From: Trichodelitschia bisporula
Taxonomy: Eukaryota
Direction: 5' to 3'
Assembly: GCA_010356995.1 (NCBI GenBank)
Contig: ML996689.1
Location: forward strand, 1,754,691-1,818,690
Length of the DNA stretch: 64,000 nt
Shown: piece after piece, positions 61,841-64,000 of the stretch
Layout of the letters: every line of letters starts with the position of its first letter
How positions within the stretch are numbered: position 1 is the stretch's first letter
The notes under the pieces: model-generated
Told to the model about the DNA's origin: nothing
Database searches by the model: none
The model's input: only the letters and a program-made list of their open reading frames with translations
Position numbers and translations under genes: made by a program

Positions 61841-63364
61841 CGTACAAGACGTCAAACCCGAATGGAGCTCACAGACGACAGATCCGGCCACCTGAATCGC
61901 TAACCCCGAGACCCCCCAACTCCAAGCTCACATCACGAGTTCCGATCAGCGCCAAAGACGGACGGCACGGAGAATGATGTCCTTGGTGCCAAAGCGACAG
62001 CCACAGAGTCTAATAACTGCACCATTAAGACCACGGATGGGCGTCGCGCTTAGGCCAGTGCTGGTTGCCGGAGACACCAAGTCAACAGCTGCGTCGCCAA
62101 GTGCACGAAATTAAGAGCAGCAGCGACTCTGAGACGCAGAAAAACGCACCACCCGCTCTCAAATCCCATCGACCGAAATCGGATATTCCCATCAAGCATC
62201 GGCATTGCCGCCACCACTGGGCGCGGCTGACAGCTCGGTCGCCTTCTGGAACCCTTCCTGAAGCGTGCGGGTGCAAAACGTGAAACACAAGGGGATGGGT
62301 CGCATTGGCTTTTCATCTACTCGAAGCGTTTGCACCGCGAAGCCGGTCGGCCGTTGGAGATGATGGTGTGCGCAGCATGTAGGTGAAGGTGCTGCCGTGC
62401 CAAGTGGCCGCGATGGACTCCAGGGCGGGTATCATCGACGTGCCAATGTGTGGGGAAATGGAGGGATACGAGAGGCTTCAATGGCAAATCACTAACATGG
62501 CTGCTACCGATCAGAACGGTGGGCGTGGGAAAAGGTGGAGGTGCATCACTGCGAGTCGTCGGACGTTTGAGGAAGACTCCTGGGCCGGCCCATTGTTTTT
62601 CCAGGGCCGCGACCACAACACCAAGGCCAACACCAAGACGAACTGCATCACGGGAATCGGCAGGGGGCCATCGGCACAGACCATCGCCCACCGCTTCTTG
62701 CAGCCGAGGCGGGCCGTGTGCTCTGCGACGAGAAAGAGTTTCCTTATGCCTTGTCTATAGTGTTGTTCCTACCCGTGCTCTCTCAGCAAGGTGCCGAATT
62801 CCGAGAACGTGACAGCCGACCCAGCGATCCAACTCAGCTCGTCAGAGTGCCAGGACTCGAGTAAGGCTCAGTTCAGTTACACTTTTGGCCCTGGCTCCTT
62901 CATTTTTCCTCTAGAGTTTGGCTGTCCATTACTCTCACCTGTCAACCGCTAAGCTCAGTTCCTTGCCACAACCATCTCCAGCTAACCCAAGGCTCAGCCA
63001 TACACCCACCAAGCACCACAGTGTATCAGGTCACCTAACCCTCAAATGTCCACCGCAGACTCACATATACAGCGGCAAACTTCTAAATCGTAAAACGTGC
63101 AATCCATATTAACTCTCCCCGATTTTGGCTTCCCCATTCGCCGCCCCTGCCAGGCACCGTCCCAGCGCGCTGGTCGATCACGCACTCCCTTCCTACCGCC
63201 ACCCATCGCGCGGCGGGATATGGCTTGTGCTTCTCCCCCCGTCCCATGCCATCCGTTGCACCCCGCAATATGGCCTGTGCAGCCTCGCCCCTCCACGCCC
63301 GGAAGCTGCGCAACCGGCGACCAGGAACCGAAGTCCAGAAACCTATCTCCCATCTCCAGCGCTG

Positions 63365-63371
63365 TATATAA
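63365..63371 (+). promoter_or_regulatory. TATA box of the peroxidase gene
   Basis: TATATAA about 110 bp upstream of ATG 63477, followed by a CT-rich leader. Confidence 0.5.
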
Positions 63372-63476
63372 CACCATGCCCTCCCTCCCTCTCTCCACAT
63401 CCAGTCAAGCATCCCATTTAATCTTTCGTTTCTCTTACCCTCGTTACCAACCACATTCCATTCCATTCCATCCACC

Positions 63477-64000
63477 ATGCACCCCACTACCACCCTCCTC
63501 ATCCTCCTCTCCTCCACCGCGGTGCAGGCCATCGCCTCCCCCTCCGTCCCAGACACACACCTCGCCGCCCGCCAGAACCGCGACGGGCGCCGTCCCGGCG
63601 ACGGCGCCGGCGGCAACGGCCCCCGCCCCTCCGGCCCGTGGCCCAACCCCTCCGCCTTCCCCGGCGCCGGCTTCATCGGCCAAGGCCCGCCCGCACCTTC
63701 GGGTCGTCCCCAAGGCCAAAACCAGCAAGGCGGGCAACGCGACGGCGCCGCCGCGCCCAAGGGCCCGAACGGGCCACAGCCATCCCGCTCCCCGACCCCG
63801 TCTACCAAGCCCCCGACCGGCCCACCGCCCGGCGCCAGTTTCCCGGGCATGCCAAACTTTCCTGGCATGCCGGGTGGGTCGCCGAATATGCCTGGCGCGC
63901 CGAATATGCCTGGGGCTCCGCCGAAGGCGCCGGCGGGTGGATGTCCGGCTATTTGGTTCCAGATCAGTAAGGACTTGACGGGGGAGTTCAGTGATGGCGG
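63477..64000 (+). CDS. Secreted class II-type fungal heme peroxidase (AA2-like), N-terminal part only
   Basis: Open frame to the window end, absent from the ORF track. Signal peptide MHPTTTLLILLSSTAVQA, a Pro/Gly-rich region, then CPAIWFQISKDLTGEFSDG, which resembles the CP.VW..IS..LT..F segment that starts ascomycete class II peroxidase domains. Confidence 0.65.
   Translation, partial: MHPTTTLLILLSSTAVQAIASPSVPDTHLAARQNRDGRRPGDGAGGNGPRPSGPWPNPSAFPGAGFIGQGPPAPSGRPQGQNQQGGQRDGAAAPKGPNGPQPSRSPTPSTKPPTGPPPGASFPGMPNFPGMPGGSPNMPGAPNMPGAPPKAPAGGCPAIWFQISKDLTGEFSDG

Noticed and set aside
63083..63978. ORFs 63097-63978 (+), 63638-63970 (+) and 63083-63868 (-)
   Set aside because: They are alternative-frame or antisense shadows of the signal-peptide frame starting at 63477.

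Overview
Eukaryotic DNA from a compact, GC-rich filamentous ascomycete (Pezizomycotina) genome with short (about 40-60 nt) GT-AG introns. Positions 1-47.7 kb are mostly conserved genes: VPS10 (runs off the left edge), a CoA-dependent acyltransferase, a CCCH zinc-finger protein, a Sel1-repeat protein, a bZIP factor with a membrane anchor, NOC4/ATP4, an alpha/beta-hydrolase-like protein, a TRI12-type MFS pump, U1-C, a copia RT relic, a BBE-like FAD oxidase, a PTH11-like membrane protein, DUT1, MPS1, NSA2/MRPL49 and a sugar porter. Positions 48-62.5 kb are a lineage-specific island of co-oriented ORFs I cannot assign to any family. The island holds a tandemly duplicated ~1.3 kb cassette whose intron and flanks look better conserved than the small proteins it encodes, and three arrays of a degenerate 37-bp repeat. 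The window ends in the N-terminus of a secreted class II-type heme peroxidase. All gene models were spliced by hand and no database searches were run.
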